Source: Alphaproteobacteria bacterium (lineage in GTDB: Bacteria > Pseudomonadota > Alphaproteobacteria > UBA828). Taken from it: a stretch of DNA of 64,000 nucleotides. The notes beneath the pieces are model-generated. The model ran no database searches, was not told where the DNA came from, and saw nothing but the letters and a program-made list of their open reading frames with translations. The DNA lies in assembly GCA_965221125.1 (NCBI GenBank), contig CBDCRW010000006.1, forward strand, positions 512,001 through 576,000, given 5' to 3'. A program made the translations under genes and the position numbers. Below, piece by piece: positions 55,912 through 64,000 of the stretch (position 1 is its first letter; each line of letters starts with the position of its first letter).

Positions 55912-57096
55912 TCACGCCTCCGCGAAATAGCGCTCCAGGACGCCAAGATAAATGTCCGCCAGGCGGTCGATCGCGTCCACGGGCACGCATTCGTCGGTCC
56001 GGTGCATGGTTCGGCTGAGCAGGCCGAACTCGGCGACGGGGCAGTGATCCTTGATGAAGCGCGCGTCCGACGTGCCGCCGGTGGTGCTGAGGGCGGGCGT
56101 CCTGCCCGTCACGGCGGCGACGGAGTCTGCGATGATCGTGCTGAGCCGGCCCGGCGGGGTCAGGAACGCCTCGCCCGAGACTTCGGTCGCAAGCTCGTAG
56201 GGCTCGCCGGTGGCATCGAGGCAGGCGCGGATGGCGCGCTCGAGGCTGGCCCCGGTGTGGCGGTCGTTGAAGCGGACGTTGAAGCGCGCCGCTGCGGCGC
56301 CAGGAATCACGTTCGTCGCCTCGTTGCCGACATCGATCGTGGTGAGCTCCAGCCGGCTCGGCTGAAAGTGCTCGGTCCCCTCGTCGAGCGTCAGCGCGAG
56401 CAGGGCATTCAGCAGCGCGATGAGGCGGGGCAGCGGGTTGTCCGCCAGCAGGGGATAGGCGACGTGCCCCTGCCGACCCGCGACCCGGAGCGTGCCGTTC
56501 AGGCTGCCGCGCCGGCCGATCTTCACCATCTCGCCGAGCTCTTCCGGGTTGGTGGGCTCGCCCACCAGGCAGACATCGAGCGTCTCGCCCTCTGCGCCGA
56601 GCCAGTCGAGCACCTTGCGCGTGCCGTTGACCGCCGGCCCTTCCTCGTCGCCGGTAATCAGCAGGCTGATGGAGCCTGCGCCGGCGCGAGCGGCATCGAG
56701 CCGCGCCACGGCAGCGACGAAGGCGGCGATGGCGCCCTTCATGTCGGAGGCTCCCCGCCCGTAGAGGATGCCGTCCTCGACCTGCGCCGCAAAGGGCTCG
56801 TGGGTCCAGGCCGCGCGCTCGCCAGTCGGCACCACGTCGGTGTGGCCGGCGAAGCAGAAGTTGGGCCGGCCCTCGCCCCGCCGCGCGTAGAGGTTGTCGA
56901 CCGTTGCGGTCCCCGGCTCCTCGAAGGGGAGGCGATGGCAGGTGAAGCCGAGGGTCTCGAGCGCCTCCTGCAGCACGTCAAGCGCCCCGCCGTCCGCCGG
57001 CGTCACGCTCTCGCAGCGGATCAGCGCCTGGGCAAGCCCCAGTGGATGCGCGAGCGTCTTGGCGCTCGCCGATCCGTCCCGGCCCTCGTCGCTCAA
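55912..57096 (-). CDS. dapE: Succinyl-diaminopimelate desuccinylase
   Basis: [42 protein letters not shown]. Likely TTG start overlapping the dapD stop. Confidence 0.95.
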   Translation of the reverse strand: MSDEGRDGSASAKTLAHPLGLAQALIRCESVTPADGGALDVLQEALETLGFTCHRLPFEEPGTATVDNLYARRGEGRPNFCFAGHTDVVPTGERAAWTHEPFAAQVEDGILYGRGASDMKGAIAAFVAAVARLDAARAGAGSISLLITGDEEGPAVNGTRKVLDWLGAEGETLDVCLVGEPTNPEELGEMVKIGRRGSLNGTLRVAGRQGHVAYPLLADNPLPRLIALLNALLALTLDEGTEHFQPSRLELTTIDVGNEATNVIPGAAAARFNVRFNDRHTGASLERAIRACLDATGEPYELATEVSGEAFLTPPGRLSTIIADSVAAVTGRTPALSTTGGTSDARFIKDHCPVAEFGLLSRTMHRTDECVPVDAIDRLADIYLGVLERYFAEA

Positions 57097-57938
57097 TTGC
57101 GGAGCAGCTCGTTGATCGAGGTCTTGGCCCGCGTGCCCGCGTCCACTCGCTTGACGATCACCGCGCAATAGAGGCTGGGGCCGGGAGAGCCGTCGGGCAG
57201 CGGCCGGCCCGGCAGCGAGCCCGGCACCACCACCGCGTAGGAGGGGATGCGCCCGCGATGGACCTCGCCGGTCTCGCGGTCGATGACCCGGGTGGACGCG
57301 CCCACGTAGACGCCCATTGCAAGCACCGCGCCCTGCTCGACGATGACGCCTTCGGCCACCTCGCTGCGGGCGCCGACGAAGCAGTCGTCCTCGATGATCA
57401 CCGGGTTCGCCTGGAGCGGCTCAAGCACGCCGCCGATGCCCGCGCCGCCGGAGATGTGGCAGTTCTTGCCGATCTGCGCGCAGCTCCCCACCGTGGCCCA
57501 GGTGTCGATCATGGTGCCGCTGTCCACGTAGGCGCCGATGTTCACGAACGAGGGCATCAGCACCACGCCTGGCGCGACGTAGGCCGAGCGCCGCACGATG
57601 GCGCTGGGCACCGCGCGGAAGCCGGCTTCCCGGAAGCGCGCCTCGTCCCAGCCGGCGAACTTGGACGGCACCTTGTCGTACCAGCGCGTATCGGCCCCAG
57701 GTCCGCCCGGAATCGTCTCCATGTCCTGCAGGCGGAAGGAGAGCAGCACCGCCTTCTTGAGCCACTGGTTGACGATCCAGCCGTCGCCCTGCTTCTCGGC
57801 AACGCGCGCTTTCCCGGAATCGAGCAGGGCGAGCGCGGCCTCCACCGCTTCCGCCGCGGCGCCGCCGGTCTTGGGCGAGAGCGTCTCGCGCGCCTCCCAG
57901 GCGGCTTCCACCGCGCGCTCCAGGTCTCCCATATTCAC
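57093..57938 (-). CDS. dapD: Tetrahydrodipicolinate N-succinyltransferase
   Basis: [50 protein letters not shown]. Confidence 0.97.
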   Translation of the reverse strand: MNMGDLERAVEAAWEARETLSPKTGGAAAEAVEAALALLDSGKARVAEKQGDGWIVNQWLKKAVLLSFRLQDMETIPGGPGADTRWYDKVPSKFAGWDEARFREAGFRAVPSAIVRRSAYVAPGVVLMPSFVNIGAYVDSGTMIDTWATVGSCAQIGKNCHISGGAGIGGVLEPLQANPVIIEDDCFVGARSEVAEGVIVEQGAVLAMGVYVGASTRVIDRETGEVHRGRIPSYAVVVPGSLPGRPLPDGSPGPSLYCAVIVKRVDAGTRAKTSINELLRN

Positions 57939-57976
57939 TGGCTTCTCCCTTGCTCCACGCTGCGCTCGCCGGTCCC

Positions 57977-58684
57977 TTACGCCGCCGCCGGCGCGAAGAG
58001 CGCGGCGAGCCAGGCGGGAAGATCGTCGGTCACGTAGTCGGGTTCCATGTCGTCGGCGCCGGATGACGCCCAGGCGCTGTCGTTGCGCACCCAGACGGTG
58101 GCCATGCCGCGCGCTGCGGCCGGCGCCAGGTTGCGCAGGATGTCCTCGAAGAAGATGGCGCGCGCGGGGTCTACGTCGTGAACGTCCGCGAGCCGGTCAT
58201 AGGCTTCGGGGAAGGGCTTGGGCACCCAGTCGGCCGCCTCGATATCGTAGATCTCGCTGAAGTGGTGGCCGATGCCGAGCCGCGCCATCACGCGCTCAGC
58301 ATAGGGCGCATCGGCGTTGGTGAAGACCAGCTTGCGGCCGGGAAGCCGCGCCAGCGCCGCCTCCAGCGTGTCGCTCCGCGCGATCGGCGAGAGATCGATG
58401 TCGTGCACGTAGTCGAGAAATGGCGCGGGGTCCATGTCGTGCTTGAGCATGAGGCCGCGCAGCGTCGTGCCGTATTCGCGGAAGTAGCCCTTCTGCAGCC
58501 TGTGGGCCTCCGCGCGGTCGACATCGAAGGCGGTTGCGATGTAGTCGCCGATGCGCTGGCTCACCTGGTCGAAGAGGTGCGAGCTCGACGGATAGAGGGT
58601 GTTGTCGAGGTCGAAAATCCAGGTCTCTATGTGCGCGAGGTCGGCGCCCGTGGGCGCGCTCCGGACGCCTTCGGTCAGTTGCAT
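57977..58684 (-). CDS. Pyrimidine 5'-nucleotidase (HAD family)
   Basis: [29 protein letters not shown]. Confidence 0.92.
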   Translation of the reverse strand: MQLTEGVRSAPTGADLAHIETWIFDLDNTLYPSSSHLFDQVSQRIGDYIATAFDVDRAEAHRLQKGYFREYGTTLRGLMLKHDMDPAPFLDYVHDIDLSPIARSDTLEAALARLPGRKLVFTNADAPYAERVMARLGIGHHFSEIYDIEAADWVPKPFPEAYDRLADVHDVDPARAIFFEDILRNLAPAAARGMATVWVRNDSAWASSGADDMEPDYVTDDLPAWLAALFAPAAA

Positions 58685-59193
58685 TGGCCGTTGGAGCCCT
58701 CCGCACAGACCTTGTTGCCGTCGATCCAGCGCGCGCCGCTGAGGTCCGCCTTGAGAAAATCCGTGCCATCCAGCCGGGCGCCGGTGAAGTCGGCGCCGCG
58801 CAAGTCGGCGCGGAAGAAGCGGGCACGGCGGAGGTCGGCGCCCTCGAACACGGCGCCGGAGAGGTCGGACTTGGTGAAATCGGTGCCGATCAGGCGCGCG
58901 CCGTACCAGTGCGTCTCCACCAGGGTCGCATCGGTGAACTTGGCGCGCCGCGCGTCGACGCCCGAGAAGTCGGCCCGGGTCAGGTCCGAGCGCGCGAAGA
59001 ACCCGTCGCGGAGCGTCGCTCCGGCCAGATCGACATCGACGAAGTTGCGGTTGTCGAGCAGGCAGCGCCGCCAGTCGACGCCCGGCTGCGGTGTGTCGGT
59101 GCAGGCGGCATGCACCGCGGGCGCCGCGAGCGCAAGCATCGCCCCGACCAGCCCCGCCGCTACGACGCCCCTTCGTCTGCTATTGCCGAGCAC
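58675..59193 (-). CDS. Exported pentapeptide-repeat protein
   Basis: Signal-peptide-like segment ending AVHA; pentapeptide repeats (SDLTR ADFSG, ADLRR ARFFR ADLRG ADFTG); paired Cys at both ends. Start uncertain; the 730-aa ORF in the track is over-extended. Confidence 0.82.
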   Translation of the reverse strand: MLGNSRRRGVVAAGLVGAMLALAAPAVHAACTDTPQPGVDWRRCLLDNRNFVDVDLAGATLRDGFFARSDLTRADFSGVDARRAKFTDATLVETHWYGARLIGTDFTKSDLSGAVFEGADLRRARFFRADLRGADFTGARLDGTDFLKADLSGARWIDGNKVCAEGSNGQCN

Positions 59194-59219
59194 TGCCTGG
59201 ATGTATCCCGATGCGCCGC

Positions 59220-59444
59220 TCAGTCGCCCTTCGGGCCCCGTCTGCCGCCGCCCTCGGGCTCGTCGGCGTCCTGATCGAGACGCTTGCCGTCCAGCACGGC
59301 ATCGCCGCGCGTCCCTTCGGCCTGCGTCACCCGCTTCTCCGTCTTGGTGCGCCCCGACCGCGCGCGGTTGGCCGCGCGCTTCTGCGCTTTCTCGGCCCGT
59401 TCGCGCTTCTTGCGAAACTGATTGAGGTTGACGACATCGCCCAT
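59220..59444 (-). CDS. DUF4169 family small protein
   Basis: MGDVVNLNQFRKKRER...AANRARSGRTKTEK. Confidence 0.85.
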   Translation of the reverse strand: MGDVVNLNQFRKKRERAEKAQKRAANRARSGRTKTEKRVTQAEGTRGDAVLDGKRLDQDADEPEGGGRRGPKGD

Positions 59445-59628
59445 GACCAAAGGCCTTTCGGTACGTCGGCAAACGTGGTCTAAGAAACGCGGGGCCTCCC
59501 ATCCGATCCGACCCGTTCGATCGAGAGGCAAGCCTAGACGAAATGAATCGGGCTGTTAACCGGAGTCGACCGGGGCGCCGCCGTTTGAGTCGGGCGCGCG
59601 TCTTCCCCGCTTCGAGGCATGGCCGACG

Positions 59629-62600
59629 GTGAAGTTCGTTTACGCGTTTCTCATCCTTCTGGCTCTCCTCGTCGCTGCGCTCTTCCTCGTGCCGATGCTC
59701 CTCGATTGGGAGCAGTACAAGCCCGAGATCGCGGAGCGCCTGGAGGCCATCACGGGTCGTGACGTCGCGATCGACGGCCCTCTCGCGGTCACCATCCTGC
59801 CGACGCCCACGATCGAGGCCAGCGACCTTCGCATCGCCAACGCGTCGGGGGCGGCCGCTCCCGACATGGCACGGATCGGCTCGCTCGAACTCAAGCTCGC
59901 GTTGGGGCCGCTGCTCGGCGGCGACATCGCCGTCACCAGCCTCGAGATGGTGGACCCTGTGATCGAGCTGCAGCGCCTCGCCGGCGGCCGCCCCAACTGG
60001 CTCCCCGAGGGCGCGCCCGGCCAAGGGACGGACCGGGCGGGCGCGAGCGACGCGGAGGCAGCTGACGCTGAGACAGCGGAGGCGGGGCTGACCAGGATCG
60101 ATTCCGCGACCGTCACGAACGGCACGATCGTCTATCGCCATGCGCCCGGCGCGCCGCCGGAGCGGATCGAGGGGATCGATGCTGCGCTTTCCGCCCGCTC
60201 GCTGGAGGGACCCTACCGGGGAGAGGGCACGCTCGCCGTGCGCGGCAGGTCGATCGCGTTCCAGTTCGCGACGGCCACGGTTCGCGACGACCGCACCGTG
60301 CCGGTCTCGTTCGAGGCAACCTTCGAGGCTGAGCGGGGGAGCGCCCTGTTCGAAGGCACCCTCAAGGGCCTCGACGGGACACCTGCGTTCGACGGCAGCG
60401 TGAAGGCCGGGGCGTCCGACTTCGGCGCCTTGCTGAATGCGCTCGCCGTGGATCTCGGGTCGCTGCCCGCCGCGCCGCTCGCCAGCGCGTTCTCTGCCAA
60501 GGGCAAGCTCAGCCTGAGCGCGGATGCCGTCGCCGCGAGCGAGCTGCAGGTGCGGCTCGGCGAGAGCCAGGCGACGGGTGCGGCCTCGTGGGAAGGCGGC
60601 GACCTGCCGCGGCTGGATTCCGAGATCGACCTCAACCGCATCGACCTGGATCGGTTCCTGCCGGATGCCGGCGAGCCGGAGCCCGCCGGTGCGACTGCTG
60701 GCTCGACCGCTGCGGGGCAGCCCGGCGATGCGGCTGCGCTGGCCTCCCTGCAGACGATTACGGACGATATCCGCCACGCAATTCCCGCGGACATGGACGC
60801 CGACCTCGACCTCACGATCGATGCCCTTACCTGGCGCGCGGGCGTCATTCGTCAGGCCACGGCGCATCTTGCGCTCGCCGACGGCGTGGTTACCCTCGGT
60901 CCGGCCTCGGCGCTGCTGCCGGGCGGCGCCAAGGTCGACCTCGTCGGCCGGCTGAGAACCGCCGGCGACGACCCGTGGATGCAGGGCGTCGCCGAGGTCG
61001 CGGCCGAGGACCTGCGCGCCATCCTCTCCTGGCTCGGCGTCGATGTCGGCGCAGTCCCGGCGGACCGGCTGCGCCGCCTCAGCGCGGTCGCCGATCTCTC
61101 CGCCAGCGGAGACCGGATAGCGGCACGCAACCTCGACATCAGGGTCGATACGACTCGGATCGCCGGCGACGCGTCGGTCGTGACCGGCGAGAGAGCGCTG
61201 GTCGACGCGACCCTCGATGTCGATGCAGTCAACGTGGACGCTTACCTTCCTGTCGATAGTGCCGAGCCGTCAGACAAAACCGCCCCCACGCAGGCGGCCG
61301 GGACCGACGGGGCGGACGATGCACCGTCGGAGGTGGCACAGGCGACGCTGGATCGCGCGGGCAACGATCTCCGGACCGTACTCGACGAGATCGACGCCGA
61401 TGTTGCGCTCAGCGTCGATGCGCTCACTTACGGCGGCATTCGCCTGGCCGGGCTTGAGCTCGATGCCGCCCTCGACGACGGCGACGTTACCGTGCGCCGT
61501 GCGGCGGTCGACGACGCCGCGGGCGCGAGCGTCTCGATCACGGGCGTGACGCGCGCGGTCGCAACGGAGCCGCGCTTCGATCTCGCGGTCGAAGGCGCGG
61601 CAGATTCACTCGAAGGCGTGGCCGCGCTCCTCGACATCGACCCCGACATTCGCACCGAGGCGTTCGGCAAGGCCGCGCTGAGCGGCACGCTTGCGGGCGA
61701 CGAGGAGACGCTGTCGCTCGATCTCACCCTGAACACCGGCTCTGCGGCGGTCTCGCTCGCCGGCAACGTCGACCGGCCGTTCGACGCGCCCGCCGCCGCG
61801 CTGGCGCTCCGGCTCCACGCGGCCGAGGCCGCCTCCTTCGCGCGCTCCGCCGGGCTCACGCCGCCGCCCATCGTCACGCGGCTCGGCGAACTCAAGGTGG
61901 ACGGAGGAATCGGCGGCGATCTCGACTCCGTGGCGCTCAATCTGATCGCCGAGACGGCCGGCGCGACCGTTCTGGTGGGCGGCAAGGTCACGAACCCTCT
62001 CGCGTCGCCGGAATACGCGCTTGATGTGGACATCGCCCACCTGCAGACCGGGACCCTGCTCGAGACCCTGGTCGGCGACGTGGCGAGAGGCGCTGACCTC
62101 GGCGCGCTGCGGATCGGCGGGAAGGTCTCCGGCGACCGGACGGCGGTCAATTTCGTTGATATCGACGCGACGGTCGGCGAGAGCACCCTGGCCGGCGCGG
62201 TCTCCCTGCGCCTCGATCAGGAACCACCGGAATTCACCGCCGACCTTCAAGGCGGCGTGCTCGACCTCGCGTGGTTGGGCGGCGGCCTTGTGGCGTCCGG
62301 CGAGACGGAAGACGACGTGTTGCGTCTGACGAGCGCCGGCGGCGCAGACGAGGATGCGCGGAGACCCGCGCGCTGGTCGGACGAGACCATCGACCTCGCG
62401 GCTCTCGATCGGCTCTCCGGCACGCTCGCGCTCGACGCCGAGGCCCTCGCGCTCGGCGCCCACCGTATCGAGCAGGCCAGCGTCGATCTCGCCGCAGCCG
62501 ACGGGACGCTGACGCTGCGCTCCCTCACGGGCCGGCTCTTCGACGGCACACTGCAAGCCGACGGCAGCCTCACGGGCGGGCCGGCGCCGGGCGGGCAAGT

Positions 62601-63690
62601 GGCGTTTGAGGTCGTCGATGCGGACATGGAGGATTTCTTGGGCGCGGTCGCGGGCCTCGATACGGTCTCGGGCCGCGTCGAGGCCGACGGGTACTTCACC
62701 CTGCGCGGGGATACCGAGCGCGCGATGGTTCAAAGCCTCGCGGGCCGCGTTGCGCTCACGTCCAGCAGCGGGAGCATTGCCGGCGTGGACGTGCCGGCGA
62801 TCAGCCGCCAGATCGACGCGCTCTCCCAGATCGGCGCGCTCGACGATATCCCGAGCTTCATTGAGCGGACGGAGCAGGGCCTCTCCAGCGGGCAGACGGC
62901 GATCCGCTCCCTTGAAGGCGCCGTGCGGGTTCAGGACGGCAAGGCGCGCATCGACGGCCTCAAGGTGGTGGCGGACGGCGGCGTCGGCGATATCAGCGGC
63001 ACCGCCGACCTGCCCGCGTGGCAGCTGGATCTCACGGCGCTGTTCCGGCTAACCGAGCACGCGGATGCACCGCCGGTCGGCATGCGCCTCGAAGGGCCGA
63101 TCGATGCGCCCGAGCGCCGCTACGTGATCGAGGACATGCAGGCATATTTGGTCAAGCTCGGGCTTCTCTCGCTCGCCGGTGCGCCGGACATGCCCAGGAT
63201 CACGCTTCGCAAGGGCGCCAAGGCGGAGCCCGGAACCGAGATGGACAAGCTGCTACGCAACGTGCTCGGCGATCCCGACGAGGCGGAGGACGCCGCGCCG
63301 GCGCAAGAGCCGGTGGAGCCGGAGGAGCGGGCGGAAGACGGCGCGCCGCCCGGCCCAGCCGACACCCGCGAAGAGGACGGGGAGGGAAGCGCCGCGCCCT
63401 CACCCGGCGACAGGCCGGCCGATGGATCGGAGGATGCCGAGACGGTGTTGGCGCCCCTGGATCCTCGGGTGGGCATAGAGCCAGTCGAGGCCGGGCCGAC
63501 GGAAGAGGCCGAGGCGGCGCCGGAGACTGGCGAAGAAGGACCGGACGTGTCACCGCCGGGCGAGGCGGCCCCGTCCGATGCGTCCGTGCCCGAAGAGCTC
63601 GTACCCGAGCCCCCTTCGGCCCCGGAGCGCTACCGGAACGAGAGTCTCCGGGACCTGGTCGACGATCTGCTGAAGTCGCTCGAAGAATAG
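59629..63690 (+). CDS. Large AsmA family protein
   Basis: N-terminal TM anchor, DWEQYK..I...TGRDVAIDGPL, long amphipathic beta-repeats, acidic Pro-rich tail. Confidence 0.85.
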   Translation: MKFVYAFLILLALLVAALFLVPMLLDWEQYKPEIAERLEAITGRDVAIDGPLAVTILPTPTIEASDLRIANASGAAAPDMARIGSLELKLALGPLLGGDIAVTSLEMVDPVIELQRLAGGRPNWLPEGAPGQGTDRAGASDAEAADAETAEAGLTRIDSATVTNGTIVYRHAPGAPPERIEGIDAALSARSLEGPYRGEGTLAVRGRSIAFQFATATVRDDRTVPVSFEATFEAERGSALFEGTLKGLDGTPAFDGSVKAGASDFGALLNALAVDLGSLPAAPLASAFSAKGKLSLSADAVAASELQVRLGESQATGAASWEGGDLPRLDSEIDLNRIDLDRFLPDAGEPEPAGATAGSTAAGQPGDAAALASLQTITDDIRHAIPADMDADLDLTIDALTWRAGVIRQATAHLALADGVVTLGPASALLPGGAKVDLVGRLRTAGDDPWMQGVAEVAAEDLRAILSWLGVDVGAVPADRLRRLSAVADLSASGDRIAARNLDIRVDTTRIAGDASVVTGERALVDATLDVDAVNVDAYLPVDSAEPSDKTAPTQAAGTDGADDAPSEVAQATLDRAGNDLRTVLDEIDADVALSVDALTYGGIRLAGLELDAALDDGDVTVRRAAVDDAAGASVSITGVTRAVATEPRFDLAVEGAADSLEGVAALLDIDPDIRTEAFGKAALSGTLAGDEETLSLDLTLNTGSAAVSLAGNVDRPFDAPAAALALRLHAAEAASFARSAGLTPPPIVTRLGELKVDGGIGGDLDSVALNLIAETAGATVLVGGKVTNPLASPEYALDVDIAHLQTGTLLETLVGDVARGADLGALRIGGKVSGDRTAVNFVDIDATVGESTLAGAVSLRLDQEPPEFTADLQGGVLDLAWLGGGLVASGETEDDVLRLTSAGGADEDARRPARWSDETIDLAALDRLSGTLALDAEALALGAHRIEQASVDLAAADGTLTLRSLTGRLFDGTLQADGSLTGGPAPGGQVAFEVVDADMEDFLGAVAGLDTVSGRVEADGYFTLRGDTERAMVQSLAGRVALTSSSGSIAGVDVPAISRQIDALSQIGALDDIPSFIERTEQGLSSGQTAIRSLEGAVRVQDGKARIDGLKVVADGGVGDISGTADLPAWQLDLTALFRLTEHADAPPVGMRLEGPIDAPERRYVIEDMQAYLVKLGLLSLAGAPDMPRITLRKGAKAEPGTEMDKLLRNVLGDPDEAEDAAPAQEPVEPEERAEDGAPPGPADTREEDGEGSAAPSPGDRPADGSEDAETVLAPLDPRVGIEPVEAGPTEEAEAAPETGEEGPDVSPPGEAAPSDASVPEELVPEPPSAPERYRNESLRDLVDDLLKSLEE

Positions 63691-63699
63691 AAGCGGCTT

Positions 63700-63730
63700 G
63701 GGCCGGCGCCCCGGTCAGGAACGCCGGCCC
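63700..63730. terminator. Hairpin between convergent genes (possible terminator)
   Basis: GGGCCGGCG-N13-CGCCGGCCC; no U-tract. Confidence 0.3.
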
Positions 63731-63739
63731 CGCCCGCCC

Positions 63740-64000
63740 TCACGACGTGGCAAAGGGAAGAGCGACGAAGTGCTCGCGCCCGTCACGGCTCATGAGGAGC
63801 AGGACGGCATCGCGCCCGTCGCCCTGAGCGGCCTCGATACGCGCGTTCACGTCCGCCACCGAGCCGACGGGCTCGTTGCCCACGGTGACGATCACGTCGC
63901 CGGGGCGCAGACCCTTGCGATGCGCGGCGCTCCCCGGCGCAACGCCGGCAACGGCCACGGAGCCCGAGCCGGCGTCTTCCGCAGCGTTGTCGCCCGTGTC
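63740..64000 (-). CDS. C-terminal PDZ domain of a DegP/Do (HtrA) serine protease (partial)
   Basis: VAPGSAAHRKGLRPGDVIVTV...VLLLMSRDGREHFVAL; the gene continues beyond the window end. Confidence 0.78.
   Translation of the reverse strand, partial: DTGDNAAEDAGSGSVAVAGVAPGSAAHRKGLRPGDVIVTVGNEPVGSVADVNARIEAAQGDGRDAVLLLMSRDGREHFVALPFATS

Noticed and set aside
58675-59193. Qnr/MfpA-like gyrase protection linked to the ParE toxin
   Set aside because: The protein has a signal-peptide-like N-terminus and paired cysteines, so it is probably periplasmic, and it lies 14 kb from parE.

Overview
GC-rich (about 70% by eye) alphaproteobacterial chromosome segment, probably Rhodospirillales-like (inferred from gene order and the 6S RNA motifs). 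It has two halves. (1) Positions 1-31.8 kb are an accessory catabolic/redox region. It holds a tightly coupled minus-strand operon: ATP-dependent hydantoinase/oxoprolinase A and B, an SDR, a three-subunit xanthine-dehydrogenase-family molybdoenzyme, an IclR regulator, a pyruvoyl-dependent histidine decarboxylase (HdcA-like) and a PotA-like ABC ATPase. A Rieske oxygenase is divergent from this operon. Further on are flavin, PhyH, hydrolase and GcvT-family genes. (2) Positions 31.9-64 kb are mostly core genes: tldD, the aa3 cytochrome c oxidase cluster, zapA-6S RNA-ygfA-ymdB, dapF-mtaB-ftsY, yejABEF, dapE-dapD, a large AsmA protein and a partial DegP, with ParDE and VapBC toxin-antitoxin modules inserted. 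The best candidates for something new are: the HdcA-containing operon (possible uncharacterised histidine/histamine/imidazole pathway); a ~140-bp multi-hairpin element present twice in inverted orientation with compensatory base changes; and a 10-bp-period tandem array in a long convergent intergenic region. All calls come from motif recognition by eye; no database searches were run.
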